DNA from: the human T2T-CHM13v2.0 reference genome, Homo sapiens
Strand: one strand, 5' to 3'
NCBI RefSeq assembly: GCF_009914755.1
Contig: NC_060932.1
Length of the DNA stretch: 64,000 bases
Below, one piece after another: positions 61,791 to 64,000 of this stretch; the stretch's first letter is position 1, and every line of letters begins with the position of its first letter. Below the pieces are notes generated by a model. The model was not told the DNA's origin. It worked only from the letters and a program-made list of their open reading frames with translations, and ran no database searches. Position numbers and translations under genes: made by a program.

Positions 61791-64000
61791 AAAAAAAAAA
61801 AAAATGTCAGGCATCACAAACAGGGAAACCTATAAATGAGAAATTTGGCTGCAGTCAGTCCCAGGGGACTCTCTGGCACTGGTGCTGTGGGGACTCACAG
61901 TTTAATCAGTTAAATCTGCATCAGGAAGTCAGCTCCCCTTCTGCTGCACCCGCTGGTGTCACAGAGGTCCTGAGCATCAAGCCAACACCTCCTGCTGAGT
62001 AGCAAAACGCTTGTGCCACCTGCCATCCTGGGGAAAACAGCCATGCTGCTGGAGAGTGTAATCAATGGAGAGAGAGCCCGGTCACTTCTGCCATCTTGCT
62101 CTCCTCCCACCTGGGAATAGAAGTGACAACTATTGAGCCATCAGAATGAAAATCTTTACTAGCCCTGCAGTGATCCAGGTACATAGAGTGACCTGCAACA
62201 CTACAGTTTTAGGAAGGATATTGATTGTCTTATCTAACAGGAAAATGTGAACCCAGTTTATATTTTAGGTTAACTCTGTCTCAGGCTTTCTCACTTTGGT
62301 TCTTTCACACATATTCAACAAACATCCATTGTCTGTAATGTTCCAGGCACTGTTCTAGGTCATATGAAAAATCAGAATTGAACAGACATAGCCACTTACT
62401 CTCAAAGAGTTTACTATTCAGTAAAAGGAAAGAAGATAAGTGCAATATAAAGTTATAATGATACAAGACAGGTGTGTCTATTTGCATATATATTTATATA
62501 AAAATGAATAAAATCTTGAGGCTATTTTTATTTAATAACGTCTCAGGATACTATAAGAGGTGAGGAGAAGGGCCAATGGATTGAGATTCACTAATGACTC
62601 AAGGTATGATAATTACTATTCTCTGTTGTTTTTAAAAAAACTTTTCTTCATGTAATGATCTACGGGCATTTTTGTACTACCTGGGGATACCAAAATGACC
62701 AAAACTGACAAAAACTCATGCCCTCATGAAGCTTTCATACTAGATGGGCACAAAGCAGAGGGCAAGAAAGTGTCCAAGGGATCTGGAGGGGCAGCAGAGA
62801 ATCACAGCACAACCTGGCAAATCCTTATAAGAATTTGACTTTGTCCTTGAGTGAAATAGAAGTCATTGGTCTTCCTCATTATTTCCTAGTAAAGAAACAA
62901 ATATCAAGACTAAAAGGGCAGAGACTGGAATTCAAAAGTGATGTGACCCTGGAAAATTATTTTGAAGAATCTCAAATGTTCAGGCCTCTAAAAATTTTGA
63001 TTGAATGTAGGGCTGACAGAAGTCATGGAGAGGGAACTTTAAGTAAAACTTCTGATAGATTTGTTGATGCCATCAGTACTTAGAATTATAATCATTTATA
63101 GAGCATTGTTGGAAAATTGTTGTGAACAATAATCTTTTAAAAAATATATTTATGCAAATTATACATATCACCAAAATACATGCATAGCTCCATATAGTTT
63201 TACAACAGATGACATTTATAGTTATTGCTCCCCATAACCTCCAAGAATAAACTATTAGACATACGCAGTCATCCATATATACTAATATTTTTCTAGGTTA
63301 AAGATGACGTATAATAATGTTTAGAGAGATACCAGGGTACCGCCTCCTGGATTAAGATGAGTCATCAATATTTTGCTGAACTGCCTTTTGAAGGCTTATA
63401 ATGAGCTTTGAAACCACTTAGGACATATCACCTGCAAGCTGGTGAGCAAGGGTTATAGGAAAGAAGGGTGTCCTCCTATGGAGAATCAAGAAATGAGAAC
63501 ATTTTGGACTTTCTGTAGTCCTCCTTCCTTCATCTTCATCTAGATGATTCTGCCTCATCCTTTAGTTTTCTGCCTGTAGTTCCTCCCTGTGGAAGCCTTT
63601 CCTGACACAGGCTCTCCCTTCAGATGATGCTTGGCCTTCATTTTACCATGCCTGCAGCACTGTGAAGTCATTGAGTGAATGGCTCTTTCCCACCAGACTG
63701 CAAAGGCTGTGGGGTGGCAGGAAGACTGGCTTCTTGCTGCATATGGTTTCCACCTGCCATTCTAGTGGTGCTACCTATCAACTTTGTGACGGGCCAGAAA
63801 ACTTCTTGTACAGGCACTTCACTGCTTTCTAGGAAAGGCAGGTCCTTGTAATTGAATGGCTGTAGTTTACTCCAGGGTAGGAGTGAACATGTAAGTCTGA
63901 GAGAGAGCCACTGGCATTCTCCTAAATGATGTTGTTTAAGGAAGGTGGCAGAGGTTGAGGAGGCCAGTGGGGGAAAGAAAGAAACCAGCAAATGTGAGCG

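Overview
Repeat-rich, AT-rich primate genomic DNA, almost certainly human, because the young LINE-1s carry L1HS-type 5'UTR/3'UTR diagnostics. I recognise no cellular protein-coding gene; all long ORFs are LINE-1 ORF1/ORF2/ORF0. The main structure is an ~8.55-kb compound retrotransposition unit bounded by a 14-bp TSD (17120-17133 / 25685-25698). It is a twin-primed, 5'-inverted L1 with a 3' transduction, and inside that transduced DNA lies an antisense full-length L1. The inner L1 has its own 13-bp TSD (19040-19052 / 25631-25643) and carries a ~540-bp 5' transduction that appears spliced. A third, nearly full-length pre-Ta-type L1 (55637-61799) has a 114-bp 3' transduction, faces away from the second across ~30.5 kb, and shares unusual variants with it. 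The rest is an ERV1 remnant, old L1M elements, nested L2/L1M/L1PA/THE1 insertions, Alus, MaLR LTRs, MER DNA transposons, MIR/L2 relics and unique non-coding DNA. Repeat subfamily names and consensus comparisons come from memory, not from an alignment or database search.
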